Source: Escherichia coli (GTDB lineage: Bacteria > Pseudomonadota > Gammaproteobacteria > Enterobacterales > Enterobacteriaceae). From it: 64,000 nucleotides of DNA. Shown here one piece after another: positions 20,812 through 32,246 of this stretch. Made by a program: the position numbers and the translations under genes. Numbering within the stretch: the stretch's first letter is position 1; each line of letters starts with the position of its first letter. The stretch lies in NCBI RefSeq assembly GCF_016903815.1, contig NZ_CP069973.1, one strand, 5' to 3'. The notes under the pieces were generated by a model. It was not told where the DNA came from and did no database searches. It saw nothing but the letters and a program-made list of their open reading frames with translations.

Positions 20812-22860
20812 TCACACCAGACCGCAAACGGTCAGCAGTAAATCAATGACTTTGATACCGATAAACGGCACCAGCAGCCCACCCAGACCGTAAATCCATA
20901 AGTTACGGCGCAACATGGCAGAAGCGGTAAGCGGTTTATAACTCACGCCTTTTAACGCTAGGGGAATCAAAAAGACGATAATCAAGGCGTTGAAAATCAC
21001 CGCACTGAGGATTGCGGAGTCGGGCGAATGCAGGCGCATGATGTTCAGCGCATTTAACTGTGGATACGTTGCCGCGAACGCCGCCGGAATAATGGCGAAG
21101 TATTTCGCCACATCGTTGGCAATGCTGAAGGTGGTCAGCGAGCCACGGGTCATCAGCATCTGTTTGCCAATATGTACCACCTCGATCAACTTGGTCGGGT
21201 TAGAGTCGAGATCCACCATATTGCCCGCTTCTTTCGCCGCCTGAGTACCGGAGTTCATCGCCACCGCGACATCTGCCTGCGCCAGCGCCGGAGCATCGTT
21301 GGTGCCATCGCCGGTCATCGCCACTAAACGGCCTTCTGCCTGATACTGACGAATCAATGCCAGCTTGGCTTCTGGTGTCGCTTCGGCGAGGAAATCATCG
21401 ACGCCCGCTTCCGCAGCAATGGCGGCGGCAGTCAGACGGTTATCGCCGGTAATCATCACCGTTTTAATGCCCATTTTGCGCAGTTGGGCGAAGCGCTCTT
21501 TAATACCGCCTTTGACGATATCTTTTAGCGCAATAACGCCCAACACGCGGGAACCTTCCACCACGACCAGCGGTGTTGCCCCCAGGCGTGCTACTTGATC
21601 GACTTTTTGATCGACGTCGGCAGGGAAGTGACCACCATTAGCCTCAACATGGCGGCGAATGGCATCGACAGAACCTTTACGGATCATGCGGTTGTCGATG
21701 TTGATCCCGCTCATCCGGCTTTGCGCAGTAAACGGTACAAAGGTGGCATGGAGCGACTGCACATCGCGCTCGCGCAGGTTAAAACGCTGCTTGGCGAGGA
21801 TCACAATACTGCGGCCTTCCGGCGTTTCATCAGCCAGTGAAGCCAGTTGTGCGGCGTCAGCCAGCGTTTTTTCATCCACGCCCTGCGCGGGGATAAGCTC
21901 CGACGCCTGACGGTTACCGAGTGTGATGGTGCCGGTTTTATCCAGTAGCAGAACGTCAACGTCACCTGCCGCTTCAACTGCACGTCCGCTGGTGGCAATC
22001 ACATTCGCGCCCAGCATCCGACTCATCCCGGCGACGCCGATCGCTGACAACAGGCCGCCAATAGTGGTTGGGATCAGACAGACCAGCAGCGCCACCAGTA
22101 CCGTTACACTCACTGCATTACCGCCCCACGCGGAAAACGGCCACAGCGTGGCGGTTGCCAGTAAAAAGACGATAGTCAGGGCAATCAGGAGAATGGTCAG
22201 GGCAATCTCGTTCGGCGTTTTGCGTCGCTGTGCGCCTTCCACCATCGCGATCATCCTATCCAGAAATGTCTCGCCGGGGTTAACGCTGCACTCAATCACC
22301 AGCCAGTCAGAAAGAATACGCGTGCCGCCAGTGACGGAGGCAAAATCGCCGCCGGATTCACGGATCACCGGTGCCGATTCCCCGGTGATGGCGCTTTCAT
22401 CGACCGATGCGCCCCCTTCAATGACTTCACCATCGCAGGGGATAATATCGCCAGCTTCTACCAGTACGATATCGCCTTTACGCAGTTGATCGGCGGGAAC
22501 TTTGTCCGCCGCAGCGCCATATTTCGGCTCACACAGCTTGCGGGCAAAGGCAGTTTTTTTCACCCCTTTCAGGCTGTTGGCCTGCGCTTTACTGCGGCCT
22601 TCTGCCAGCGCCTCGGCGAAATTAGCGAACAGTACGGTGATCCACAGCCAGCCGCTAATGGCCGCGCTAAACAGCGCATTGCCAGGCATCGCACCGCTTG
22701 CCATCGCGATGCTAATACAGGTGGTCAGCAGACTGCCGATCCAGACGATAAACATCACCGGATTGCGCCATTGCGCCTGCGGGTTTAATTTTTTCACCGC
22801 TTCTTTCAGCGCCTGAACGACAAGTGTTGGTTCGAATAGCGCCAGTTGTTTACGACTCAT
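20812..22860 (-). CDS. kdpB: K+-transporting P-type ATPase catalytic subunit KdpB
   Basis: 682 aa; P-type ATPase motifs DKTGT and TGDN/GDGTND present. Confidence 0.95.
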   Translation of the reverse strand: MSRKQLALFEPTLVVQALKEAVKKLNPQAQWRNPVMFIVWIGSLLTTCISIAMASGAMPGNALFSAAISGWLWITVLFANFAEALAEGRSKAQANSLKGVKKTAFARKLCEPKYGAAADKVPADQLRKGDIVLVEAGDIIPCDGEVIEGGASVDESAITGESAPVIRESGGDFASVTGGTRILSDWLVIECSVNPGETFLDRMIAMVEGAQRRKTPNEIALTILLIALTIVFLLATATLWPFSAWGGNAVSVTVLVALLVCLIPTTIGGLLSAIGVAGMSRMLGANVIATSGRAVEAAGDVDVLLLDKTGTITLGNRQASELIPAQGVDEKTLADAAQLASLADETPEGRSIVILAKQRFNLRERDVQSLHATFVPFTAQSRMSGINIDNRMIRKGSVDAIRRHVEANGGHFPADVDQKVDQVARLGATPLVVVEGSRVLGVIALKDIVKGGIKERFAQLRKMGIKTVMITGDNRLTAAAIAAEAGVDDFLAEATPEAKLALIRQYQAEGRLVAMTGDGTNDAPALAQADVAVAMNSGTQAAKEAGNMVDLDSNPTKLIEVVHIGKQMLMTRGSLTTFSIANDVAKYFAIIPAAFAATYPQLNALNIMRLHSPDSAILSAVIFNALIIVFLIPLALKGVSYKPLTASAMLRRNLWIYGLGGLLVPFIGIKVIDLLLTVCGLV

Positions 22861-22882
22861 ATTCAGTGCTCACTCAATATCA

Positions 22883-24556
22883 TCAGGAGAGATATTCCGC
22901 CACCGGACCAAGCGCCAGGGCAGGGATAAAGGTCAGTGCGCCAACCAGCAACACGGTGCCGATTAACAGGCCAACAAACAGCGGGCCGTGCGTTGGCAGC
23001 GTGCCGGAGCTGGCGGGTTGGCTCTTTTTACTCACCAACGAACCGGCAATTGCCATCACCGGGATAATCACCCCGAAGCGACCGACAAACATGCAGAACG
23101 CCAGTAAACAGTTCCAGAATGGGGAGTTGGCGCTTAATCCGGCAAAGGCGCTGCCGTTGTTGTTAGCGGCGGACGACACGGCGTACAGCACTTCGCTAAA
23201 ACCATGCGGGCCAGGGTTGAGCATGGCGCTACGTCCGGCGTCGGTCATCATTGCCAGCGCCGCGCCCATCAGCACCAGTGTTGGAGTAACCAGAATCGCC
23301 AGTGCAGTCAGTTTCATCTCGCGTACGTCGATTTTTTTACCCAGATATTCCGGTGTACGACCAATCATCAGCCCGGCAATAAACACCGCCAGCAGAACAA
23401 ACAGCATCATGCCGTAAAGACCAGAACCGACACCGCCGAATACCACTTCACCAATTTGCATCAGCCACATCGGCACCATGCCACCGAGAGCGGTAAACGA
23501 ATCATGCATCGCAATCACCGCGCCACAGGACGCCGCCGTAGTCACGACCGCAAACAGGCTACTGACCAGCACGCCGAAACGGCTCTCTTTACCTTCCATA
23601 TTGATGCTGCTGTCCGCACCCAGCGCCAGCAGATGAGGATTACCCTGAACTTCTGCCCACATCACCACGCCTACGCAGATGACAAAAATCACTGACATCG
23701 CCCACAGCAACATGCGCCCCTGGCGGCGATCGCCCGTCACTTCACCAAAGGCAAAGCACAGCGCTGTTGGGATCAAGAAGATCGCCAGCATCTGCACGAA
23801 GTTGGTCAGTGCGGTTGGGTTTTCAAACGGATGCGACGAGTTGGCATTAAAGAAGCCACCGCCGTTAGTACCGAGCATCTTGATCGCTTCCTGAGAAGCC
23901 ACCGGACCCATGGGTAACAGCTGTTGCGCTCCTTCAACGGTATTCACCGCCTGATAGGGCAGAAAGTTTTGCAGTGCACCTTGTTGAATAAAAAACAGTG
24001 CGATCAACAACGCCACAGGGACTAGCACCCATAACGTGATGCGTAGCAGATCGACCCAGGCATTCCCGAGTGTGCTCATGCTCTGGCGGGTAAATGCACG
24101 GATGAGGGCAAAAATCACCGCAATCCCGCTGGCGGCAGAAAGAAAGTTTTGCACCGTTAAGCCCGCCATCTGGCTGAAATAGCTCAACGTGGTTTCACCG
24201 CTATAAGATTGCCAGTTGGTATTGGTGACAAAGCTGACGGCGGTATTCAGCGCCAGATCCCACGACAGCCCTGGCAACTGCTGTGGATTAAGCGGCAGAT
24301 AGTGCTGACCGAGCAACATAAAAAACAGCACCGCCAGCCCCAGCATGTTCAGGCCGAGAATGGCAGAGAGATACTGCTTCCAGTTCATCTCACTGTCAGA
24401 GACGCCAGGTAAACGAAAAAGTACGCGTTCAACACCCGCTGTACCGGGAAGAGGTATGTCGTTAATCAGCCGCGCCAGCCCGCTGCCTAAAGGACGCGCC
24501 AGCACCATTAACACCAGTAAAAACGTGGCAATCAGTAAGAACCCTTGCGCAGCCAT
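22883..24556 (-). CDS. kdpA: K+-transporting ATPase channel subunit KdpA
   Basis: 557 aa from [16 protein letters not shown]...; the ORF-track entry extends upstream to 24751, which would read through kdpF. Confidence 0.95.
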   Translation of the reverse strand: MAAQGFLLIATFLLVLMVLARPLGSGLARLINDIPLPGTAGVERVLFRLPGVSDSEMNWKQYLSAILGLNMLGLAVLFFMLLGQHYLPLNPQQLPGLSWDLALNTAVSFVTNTNWQSYSGETTLSYFSQMAGLTVQNFLSAASGIAVIFALIRAFTRQSMSTLGNAWVDLLRITLWVLVPVALLIALFFIQQGALQNFLPYQAVNTVEGAQQLLPMGPVASQEAIKMLGTNGGGFFNANSSHPFENPTALTNFVQMLAIFLIPTALCFAFGEVTGDRRQGRMLLWAMSVIFVICVGVVMWAEVQGNPHLLALGADSSINMEGKESRFGVLVSSLFAVVTTAASCGAVIAMHDSFTALGGMVPMWLMQIGEVVFGGVGSGLYGMMLFVLLAVFIAGLMIGRTPEYLGKKIDVREMKLTALAILVTPTLVLMGAALAMMTDAGRSAMLNPGPHGFSEVLYAVSSAANNNGSAFAGLSANSPFWNCLLAFCMFVGRFGVIIPVMAIAGSLVSKKSQPASSGTLPTHGPLFVGLLIGTVLLVGALTFIPALALGPVAEYLS

Positions 24557-24645
24557 CAGAACGCCTCCGCATTGATCAGGGCATAAACCAGATAACCCAG
24601 TAATAAAAACACCAGCAACACGCCGGCTATCACGTCTGCACTCAC
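24556..24645 (-). CDS. kdpF: K+-transporting ATPase small subunit KdpF (29 aa)
   Basis: Direct translation (V/M)[28 protein letters not shown] with a GTG start preceded by GGAGG at 6 nt spacing; stop TGA overlaps the kdpA ATG (TGATG). Confidence 0.75.
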   Translation of the reverse strand: MSADVIAGVLLVFLLLGYLVYALINAEAF

Positions 24646-24956
24646 AGTGCACCTCCAGTGGCCTAAAAGTGATACCGGAAGGGTAGAATTCTGGCTGCAA
24701 AGATTTCGCAAAAATCTTCGGGCGGGATGTAAAAAAAGTATAAAATGGCAAAAGCCATGATTTAACTGATGGTTAGTATTAATTTAACTTTTGTGTAACT
24801 TAATTACACGATGAATGTAAATAAACCATCAATAAGCAAAAATAAGTGGTCGGATGAGTAGTAAAATTACACAAAAGGCGGTACTATTTTCATCAGATAA
24901 ACAAATTCATTTTTCCGGTGCCATTCACCGGGTAGATACAAAAGGGGGAGAAAAGT

Positions 24957-25163
24957 ATGGAACTCTACAGAGAATATCCTGCATGGCTTATCTTTTTACG
25001 CCGTACTTATGCGGTTGCAGCGGGCGTTCTGGCGCTGCCTTTCATGCTTTTCTGGAAAGACCGCGCCCGCTTTTACAGCTACCTGCACCGCGTCTGGTCG
25101 AAAACCAGCGAGAAACCGGTGTGGATGGATCAGGCAGAAAAGGCAACTGGTGATTTTTACTGA
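24957..25163 (+). CDS. ybfA: small membrane protein YbfA (DUF2517)
   Basis: 68 aa [40 protein letters not shown]...; recognised as YbfA. Confidence 0.85.
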   Translation: MELYREYPAWLIFLRRTYAVAAGVLALPFMLFWKDRARFYSYLHRVWSKTSEKPVWMDQAEKATGDFY

Positions 25164-25190
25164 TTGCTAAATATTACGTTCAAAGAAAAG

Positions 25191-25224
25191 AAAACCGCCA
25201 GCGGAAACGCTGGCGGTTTTTTTG
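25191..25224 (+). terminator. Rho-independent terminator downstream of ybfA
   Basis: Hairpin ccgccagcggaaacgctggcgg followed by a T7 run. Confidence 0.75.
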
Positions 25225-25410
25225 TCGGGAAGACGTTCAGGTAAGTATTTATACATCGCATTACCCAACCGAAATATATATTCATGAAATATATATAAAT
25301 ATTTTCCTAATTGTTCTTATCTGACAGATATCTCACTTAAGGCTTTCTTATAAATCTGTAGGGTTTCGCCTGTCAGCAGACAAATAACCCGATAAAACAA
25401 GGATGAGCAG

Positions 25411-28400
25411 ATGAGTGGAAAACCGGCGGCGCGTCAGGGCGACATGACGCAGTATGGCGGTAGCATTGTCCAGGGTTCAGCCGGGGTGCGCATCGGTGCC
25501 CCCACCGGCGTGGCCTGTTCGGTGTGCCCCGGCGGGGTGACGTCCGGCCATCCGGTCAATCCGCTGCTCGGCGCGAAGGTCCTTCCCGGAGAAACCGACC
25601 TTGCCCTGCCCGGCCCGCTGCCGTTCATCCTCTCCCGCACCTACAGCAGTTACCGGACAAAAACGCCCGCGCCGGTGGGGAGCCTCGGCCCCGGCTGGAA
25701 AATGCCTGCGGATATCCGCTTACAGCTGCGCGATAACACACTGATACTCAGTGATAACGGCGGCAGAAGCCTGTATTTTGAGCACCTGTTTCCCGGTGAG
25801 GACGGTTACAGCCGCAGCGAGTCACTCTGGCTGGTGCGCGGCGGTGTCCTGAAACTGGATGAAGGTCACCGGCTGGCCGCACTCTGGCAGGCGCTGCCGG
25901 AAGAACTCCGCTTAAGTCCGCATCGTTATCTGGCGACGAACAGTCCGCAGGGGCCGTGGTGGGTACTCGGCTGGTGTGAGCGGGTGCCGGAGGCGGATGA
26001 GGTGCTGCCTGCGCCGCTGCCGCCGTACCGGGTACTGACCGGGCTGGTGGACCGCTTCGGGCGCACACAGACGTTCCACCGTGAGGCTGGCGGCGAAATC
26101 ACCGGCGTGACGGATGGTGCCGGGCGTCACTTCCGGCTGGTACTGACCACGCAGGCGCAGCGGGCAGAAGAAGCCCGGCAGCAGGCCTCTTCCGGCGGGA
26201 CGGAACCGTCCGCTTTTCCTGATACCCTGCCGGGTTACACCGAATATGGCCGGGACAACGGCATCCGTCTGTCTGCCGTGTGGCTGACGCACGACCCGGA
26301 ATACCCGGAGAATTTACCTGCCGCGCCGCTGGTGCGCTATGGCTGGACGCCACGCGGCGAACTGGCGGCGGTGTATGACCGCAGCAATACACAGGTGCGC
26401 AGCTTTACTTACGATGATAAATACCGGGGCCGGATGGTGGCGCACCGTCACACGGGCCGGCCGGAAATCCGTTACCGTTACGACAGCGACGGGCGGGTGA
26501 CAGAACAGCTAAACCCGGCAGGCTTAAGCTACACGTATCAGTATGAGAAAGACCGCATCACCATCACCGACAGTATGGACCGCCGTGAAGTGCTGCACAC
26601 GCAGGGCGAAGGCGGGCTGAAGCGGGTGGTGAAAAAGGAACACGCGGACGGCAGCGTCACGCAGAGTCAGTTTGATGCGGTGGGCAGGCTTAAGGCACAG
26701 ACGGATGCCGCAGGCCGGACGACTGAGTACAGCCCGGATGTGGTGACGGGACTCATCACGCGCATCACCACACCGGATGGCAGGGCATCGGCATTTTACT
26801 ATAACCACCACAACCAGTTAACGTCAGCCACCGGGCCTGACGGGCTGGAAATACGCCGGGAATATGATGAATCCGGCCGTCTGATTCAGGAAACCGCACA
26901 CAACGGCGATATCACCCGCTACCGTTATGATAATCCACACAGTGACTTACCCTGCGCAACGGAAGATGCCACCGGCAGCCGGAAAACCATGACATGGAGC
27001 CGTTACGGTCAGTTGCTGACCGTCACTGACTGTTCCGGTTATGTAACCCGTTATGACCATGACCGTTTTGGTCAGGTGACGGCGGTGCACCGCGAGGAAG
27101 GGCTGAGTCAGTACCGCGCATACGACAGCCGTGGACAGTTAATTGCGGTGAAAGACACGCAGGGCCATGAAACGCGGTATGAATACAACGCCGCCGGTGA
27201 CCTGACCGCCGTCATTGCCCCGGACGGCAGCAGAAACGGGACACAGTACGATGCGTGGGGAAAGGCCATCCGTACCACACAGGGCGGTCTGACGCGCAGT
27301 ATGGAATACGATGCTGCCGGACGGGTCATCCGCCTGACCAGTGAAAACGGCAGCCACACCACCTTCCGTTACGATGTACTCGACCGGCTGATACAGGAAA
27401 CCGGCTTTGACGGCCGCACACAGCGTTATCACCACGACCTGACCGGCAAACTTATCCGCAGCGAGGATGAGGGGCTGGTCACCCACTGGCACTATGACGA
27501 AGCAGACCGCATCACACAGCGAACGGTGAATGGTGAAACCGCAGAACAGTGGCGGTACGACGAACGCGGCTGGCTGACACAAATCAGCCATCTCAGCGAA
27601 GGCCACCGGGTGACGGTGCATTACGGGTATGATGAGAAAGGCCGCCTGACCGGTGAGCGCCAGACGGTGCATCACCCGCAGACGGAAGCACTGCTCTGGC
27701 AGCATGAAACCAGACACGCTTACAACGCGCAGGGACTGGCGAACCGCTGTATACCGGACAGCCTGCCCGCCGTGGAATGGCTGACTTACGGCAGCGGCTG
27801 GCTGGCAGGCATGAAACTCGGCGACACACCGCTGGTGGATTTCACCCGCGACCGCCTGCACCGGGAAACGCTGCGCAGCTTCGGCCGTTATGAACTCACC
27901 ACCGCTTATACCTCTGCCGGGCAGTTACAGAGCCAGCACCTGAACAGCCTGCAGTATGACCGCGATTACACCTGGAACGACAACGGCGAACTCATCCGCA
28001 TCAGCAGCCCGCGCCAGACCCGGAGTTACAGCTACAGCGACACCGGCAGGCTGACCGGCGTCCACACCACGGCAGCGAACCTTGATATCCGCATCCCGTA
28101 TGCCACGGACCCGGCGGGCAACCGCCTGCCCGACCCGGAGCTGCACCCGGACAGCCCCCTCAGCGCATGGCCGGATAACCGTATCGCCCGTGACGCGCAC
28201 TATCTTTACCGGTATGACCGTCACGGCAGGCTGACGGAGAAAACCGACCTCATCCCGGAAGGGGTTATCCGCACGGATGATGAGCGGACTCACCGGTACC
28301 ATTACGACAGCCGGCACCGGCTGGTGCACTACACGCGGACACAATATGCAGAGCCGCTGGTCGAAAGTCGCTATCTTTACGACCTGCTGGGCCGCAGGGT

Positions 28401-29550
28401 GGCAAAACGGGTATGGCGGCGTGAACGGGACCTGACGGGCTGGATGTCGCTGTCATGGAAACCGGAAGTGCCCTGGTACGGCTGGGACGGCGACCGGCTG
28501 ACCACAATACAGAACGACAGAACCCGCATCCAGACGGTTTATCAGCCGGGGAGCTTCACGCCACTCATCAGAGTTGAAACTGCCACCGGTGAGCTGGCGA
28601 AAACGCAGCGCCGCAGCCTGGCGGATGCGCTTCAGCAGTCCGGCGGTGAAGACGGTGGCAGTGTGGTGTTCCCGCCGGTGCTGGTGCAGATGCTCGACCG
28701 GCTGGAAAGTGAAATCCTGGCTGACCGGGTGAGTGAGGAAAGCCGCCGCTGGCTGGCATCGTGCGGCCTGACGGTGGAGCAGATACAAAACCAGATGGAC
28801 CCGGTGTACACGCCGGCGCGAAAAATCCACCTGTACCACTGCGACCATCGCGGCCTGCCGCTGGCGCTTGTCAGCACGGAAGGGGCAACAGAATGGTGCG
28901 CAGAATACGATGAATGGGGCAACCTGCTGAATGAAGAGAACCCGCATCAGCTGCAGCAGCTCATCCGCCTGCCGGGTCAGCAGTATGATGAGGAGTCCGG
29001 CCTGTATTACAACCGCCACCGCTATTATGACCCGCTGAAGGGGCGGTATATCACTCAGGATCCGATTGGACTGAAGGGGGGATGGAATTTTTATCAGTAT
29101 CCGTTAAATCCGATCTCAGAGATAGACCCACAAGGGTTAAATCCGTTAATTCTTAGTGTTGTAGCACTGATGAGTTGCGGTTTGTTTTCATCAGGTGGTG
29201 TTATCCAAAGTGGGCAACAACGCAGAGATCAATATGGCCGTAAAGTTAATCCAGAAGCCGACAAATTAACAGATGAACATAAGTCAGGTGTAAATCCTGG
29301 TGGTAACTGTAGTCCCCAGAACCTGAGTGACTTACAAAATGAAAAAAACAGATTATGTAACCAGTCTAGAGCTTGCGCTCCTCAGATGCTGAGAAAAGAA
29401 ATATTGAGACGGTACGAGATAAATTTGGCGTGCGCTTCGGTCAGAAAGCAGATTAATAATCAGTGCTTTGGTGGTGGAGATAAGGCCCATATGGAAGAAG
29501 AGAATAAAGCATATAAAACAGCAGCTGATTGCAGTGGCTTAATAAAATGA
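25411..29550 (+). CDS. rhsC: Rhs-family polymorphic toxin: YD-repeat shell, PxxxxDPxGL core boundary, variable C-terminal tip
   Basis: 1379 aa; GC-rich YD/RHS repeat core with an N-terminal region close to K-12 RhsC as I recall it; core ends at ...[14 protein letters not shown] (about 29139), followed by a roughly 136 aa AT-rich tip. Confidence 0.9.
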   Translation: MSGKPAARQGDMTQYGGSIVQGSAGVRIGAPTGVACSVCPGGVTSGHPVNPLLGAKVLPGETDLALPGPLPFILSRTYSSYRTKTPAPVGSLGPGWKMPADIRLQLRDNTLILSDNGGRSLYFEHLFPGEDGYSRSESLWLVRGGVLKLDEGHRLAALWQALPEELRLSPHRYLATNSPQGPWWVLGWCERVPEADEVLPAPLPPYRVLTGLVDRFGRTQTFHREAGGEITGVTDGAGRHFRLVLTTQAQRAEEARQQASSGGTEPSAFPDTLPGYTEYGRDNGIRLSAVWLTHDPEYPENLPAAPLVRYGWTPRGELAAVYDRSNTQVRSFTYDDKYRGRMVAHRHTGRPEIRYRYDSDGRVTEQLNPAGLSYTYQYEKDRITITDSMDRREVLHTQGEGGLKRVVKKEHADGSVTQSQFDAVGRLKAQTDAAGRTTEYSPDVVTGLITRITTPDGRASAFYYNHHNQLTSATGPDGLEIRREYDESGRLIQETAHNGDITRYRYDNPHSDLPCATEDATGSRKTMTWSRYGQLLTVTDCSGYVTRYDHDRFGQVTAVHREEGLSQYRAYDSRGQLIAVKDTQGHETRYEYNAAGDLTAVIAPDGSRNGTQYDAWGKAIRTTQGGLTRSMEYDAAGRVIRLTSENGSHTTFRYDVLDRLIQETGFDGRTQRYHHDLTGKLIRSEDEGLVTHWHYDEADRITQRTVNGETAEQWRYDERGWLTQISHLSEGHRVTVHYGYDEKGRLTGERQTVHHPQTEALLWQHETRHAYNAQGLANRCIPDSLPAVEWLTYGSGWLAGMKLGDTPLVDFTRDRLHRETLRSFGRYELTTAYTSAGQLQSQHLNSLQYDRDYTWNDNGELIRISSPRQTRSYSYSDTGRLTGVHTTAANLDIRIPYATDPAGNRLPDPELHPDSPLSAWPDNRIARDAHYLYRYDRHGRLTEKTDLIPEGVIRTDDERTHRYHYDSRHRLVHYTRTQYAEPLVESRYLYDLLGRRVAKRVWRRERDLTGWMSLSWKPEVPWYGWDGDRLTTIQNDRTRIQTVYQPGSFTPLIRVETATGELAKTQRRSLADALQQSGGEDGGSVVFPPVLVQMLDRLESEILADRVSEESRRWLASCGLTVEQIQNQMDPVYTPARKIHLYHCDHRGLPLALVSTEGATEWCAEYDEWGNLLNEENPHQLQQLIRLPGQQYDEESGLYYNRHRYYDPLKGRYITQDPIGLKGGWNFYQYPLNPISEIDPQGLNPLILSVVALMSCGLFSSGGVIQSGQQRRDQYGRKVNPEADKLTDEHKSGVNPGGNCSPQNLSDLQNEKNRLCNQSRACAPQMLRKEILRRYEINLACASVRKQINNQCFGGGDKAHMEEENKAYKTAADCSGLIK

Positions 29551-30050
29551 AAAAAATAATTTTCTCTAACGAGAGTGCAGTCTATGATGAACTTATGATT
29601 CATTTCCCATGCCAGCCATTACCTCATATTTCAAATGATATTACAGGGCTGGAGGAACTGGATATTGTATATAATTTTTTCCAAAAGAAACAATGGAATG
29701 AAATAGCCAACAATTTTAAAATAAAGGATGACTCTTATGCTTTAGAGTTAGGAATTACATTCCTCCCTGAGAAAGTATTCTGCTATTACATCCCTCTGTA
29801 TATTTATGCCTCGTTGTTTAATAAGAATGATTTTTGGGTTTTTGAATCCGATTTTATTCAACAATATTTATGTCCTGAGTATCGGGATCACGATGATTTT
29901 TTGAATTTTGTTTTTAATTTTTCAGATATACAACTATCTATTATTGCACAGTTTATGTCTTATGAATCAGACGCTGGATTCTTTTATGCAAGTAAAGCTT
30001 GTATGGATTTTTGGGAAGATTATTCACCTCTATTACATAAGAAAATTTAA
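29547..30050 (+). CDS. putative cognate Rhs immunity protein
   Basis: 167 aa ORF ([20 protein letters not shown]...) whose ATG overlaps the rhsC stop (ATGA); AT-rich like the toxin tip; the position and coupling are typical of rhsI genes. An in-frame ATG at 29529 is an alternative start. Confidence 0.6.
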   Translation: MKKIIFSNESAVYDELMIHFPCQPLPHISNDITGLEELDIVYNFFQKKQWNEIANNFKIKDDSYALELGITFLPEKVFCYYIPLYIYASLFNKNDFWVFESDFIQQYLCPEYRDHDDFLNFVFNFSDIQLSIIAQFMSYESDAGFFYASKACMDFWEDYSPLLHKKI

Positions 30051-30102
30051 TCGTAAAAGGTATAAATGGTTTAATAAAAAACTTGTCTACTCGTTGGAGT
30101 AG

Positions 30103-30720
30103 ATGAAAAATAAGATGACGTTGGCATATAGATCACTGCGAATAATCCACCTCTACCACTGCGACTATCGCGGCCTGCCGCTGACGCTTATCAGCCCTGA
30201 CGGGGCAACAGAATGGTGCGCAGAATATGATGAATGGGGCAACCTGCTGACTGAAGAGAACCCGCAGCACCTGCAGCAGCTTATCCGTCTGCCGGGGCAG
30301 CAGTATGATGAGGAGTCCGGCCTGTATTACAACCGCCACCGCTATTATGACCCGCTGCAGGGGCGGTGTATCACTCAGGATCCGATTGGGCTGGAAGGCG
30401 GGTGGAATCAGTATGTATATGCTTCCATACATCCAACCTATTCTATTGATCCGCTGGGCTTAATTGATAAACCTGCTCCAGTATTCAATCGAGAACTAAA
30501 TTCAGATGCGTATTATCTTGCCGTAAATAATTGCTATTCATATGCTCTAAATAGGTATGGAAATCCTGGGAGTAGGATTTTTGGCGGCGGAGGATTACAA
30601 CCTGGAGAATTATCTGGAAAAGAGTTTTCTAAACTCACTTGTAGTAGTATTTTTGAAGCGTCAAAAAATGATGGTGCCAAGGACAGGGAAAGATCATCAG
30701 AAGTACACTTTTTGTACTAA
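30103..30720 (+). other. orphan Rhs C-terminal tip fragment (core-end homology plus an alternative toxin domain); lacks the Rhs core and a credible start of its own
   Basis: Translation ...[35 protein letters not shown]...[17 protein letters not shown]...IDPLGL then an unrelated 85 aa tail; nucleotides 30141-30408 are about 92% identical to rhsC 28821-29088 by eye. Confidence 0.8.
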
Positions 30721-30759
30721 ATAATTCGCATTTTATGTTTAAAAATTGAGATATTCCTC

Positions 30760-31700
30760 ATTACCTGAAGCTGTTTTTTATTGCTTATACATGATCAAAT
30801 ACTCCTTACATAATTAAGGAGAACAAAATGGAACTTAAAAAATTGATGGAACATATTTCTATTATCCCCGATTACAGACAAGCCTGGAAAGTGGAACATA
30901 AATTGTCGGATATTCTACTGTTGACTATTTGTGCCGTTATTTCTGGTGCAGAAGGCTGGGAAGATATAGAGGATTTTGGGGAAACACATCTCGATTTTTT
31001 GAAGCAATATGGTGATTTTGAAAATGGTATTCCTGTTCACGATACCATTGCCAGAGTTGTATCCTGTATCAGTCCTGCAAAATTTCACGAGTGCTTTATT
31101 AACTGGATGCGTGACTGCCATTCTTCAGATGATAAAGGCGTCATTGCAATTGATGGAAAAACGCTCCGGCACTCTTATGACTAGAGTCGCCGCAGGGGAG
31201 CGATTCATGTCATTAGTTCGTTCTCAACAATGCACAGTCTGGTCATCGGACAGATCAGGACGGATGAGAAATCCAATGAAATTACAGCTATCCCTGAACT
31301 TCTTAACATGTTGGATATTAAAGGAAAAATTATCACAACTGATGCGATGGGTTGCCAGAAAGATATCGCAGAGAAGATACAAAAACAGGGCGGTGATTAT
31401 TTATTCGCTGTAAAAGGAAACCAGGGGCGGCTAAATAAAGCCTTTGAGGAAAAGTTTCCGCTGAAAGAATTAAATAATCCAGAGCATGGCAGTTACGCAA
31501 TGAGTGAAAAGAGTCACGGCAGAGAAGAAATCCGTCTTCACATTGTTTGCGATGTCCCTGATGAACTTATTGATTTCACGTTTGAATGGAAAGGGCAGCC
31601 ATGGACAGAAACTACCTGACGTCAGTCCTTGCGGGGAGCGGGCTTTCGTAATCTTGCCCTGCTACAACAGGATTAACTTCACAAATATCATTTCCCAACG
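30760..31700 (+). mobile_element. H-repeat (ISAs1-family) element remnant, boundaries approximate
   Basis: Encodes an H-repeat-associated transposase-like protein ([57 protein letters not shown]...), as found beside Rhs elements in E. coli. Confidence 0.75.
30828..31619 (+). pseudogene. H-repeat-associated (ISAs1 family) transposase, disrupted
   Basis: Two same-frame ORFs (30828-31184 and 31230-31619) separated by an in-frame TAG at 31182-31184; the 3' part is shortened relative to full-length H-rpt proteins as I recall them, with the conserved C-terminal MDRNYL...SVLAGSGLS segment in a different frame after 31610. Confidence 0.75.
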
Positions 31701-31736
31701 TCTACACTTACTCCTGTAAACCGTTCAGGAGCAGTA

Positions 31737-32246
31737 ATGAATCAGCAACGATTTGATGACAGCACCCTAATCCGTATCTTCGCCCTTCATGAGTTACATC
31801 GACTGAAAGAACATGGCTTAACGCGCGGGGCACTCAACGATTATCACAGCCGCTATAAACTCGTCTTTCTGGCCCATTCCCAGCCCGAGTACCGCAAACT
31901 TGGCCCGTTTGTGGCTGATATTCACCAGTGGCAAAATCTGGATGACTATTACAACCAGTACCGCCAACGCGTAATTGTTTTGCTTTCTCACCCTGCCAAC
32001 CGGCGTGATCATACTAACGTTTTGATGCACGTTCAGGGATATTTTCGCCCACATATTGATTCCACAGAACGCCAGCAGCTGGCGGCGCTTATCGACAGTT
32101 ATCGCCGTGGCGAGCAACCGCTTCTTGCGCCGCTGATGCGTATCAAACACTATATGGCGTTTTATCCTGACGCCTGGCTTTCAGAGCAGCGTTATTTCGA
32201 ACTTTGGCCGCGTGTGATTAACTTGCGCCATGCAGGAGTTTTATGA
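31737..32246 (+). CDS. ybgA: DUF1722 protein YbgA
   Basis: 169 aa; overlaps the phr start (ATGA); recognised as YbgA. Confidence 0.9.
   Translation: MNQQRFDDSTLIRIFALHELHRLKEHGLTRGALNDYHSRYKLVFLAHSQPEYRKLGPFVADIHQWQNLDDYYNQYRQRVIVLLSHPANRRDHTNVLMHVQGYFRPHIDSTERQQLAALIDSYRRGEQPLLAPLMRIKHYMAFYPDAWLSEQRYFELWPRVINLRHAGVL

Noticed and set aside
27139-27861. 240 aa ORF antisense to the rhsC core (and similar antisense ORFs at 25748-26392 and 27925-29019)
   Set aside because: The GC-rich YD-repeat core produces long stop-free frames on the opposite strand; the translations are low-complexity.
29908-30102. 64 aa ORF overlapping the 3' end of the putative immunity gene
   Set aside because: Out-of-frame overlap inside an AT-rich gene; likely spurious.
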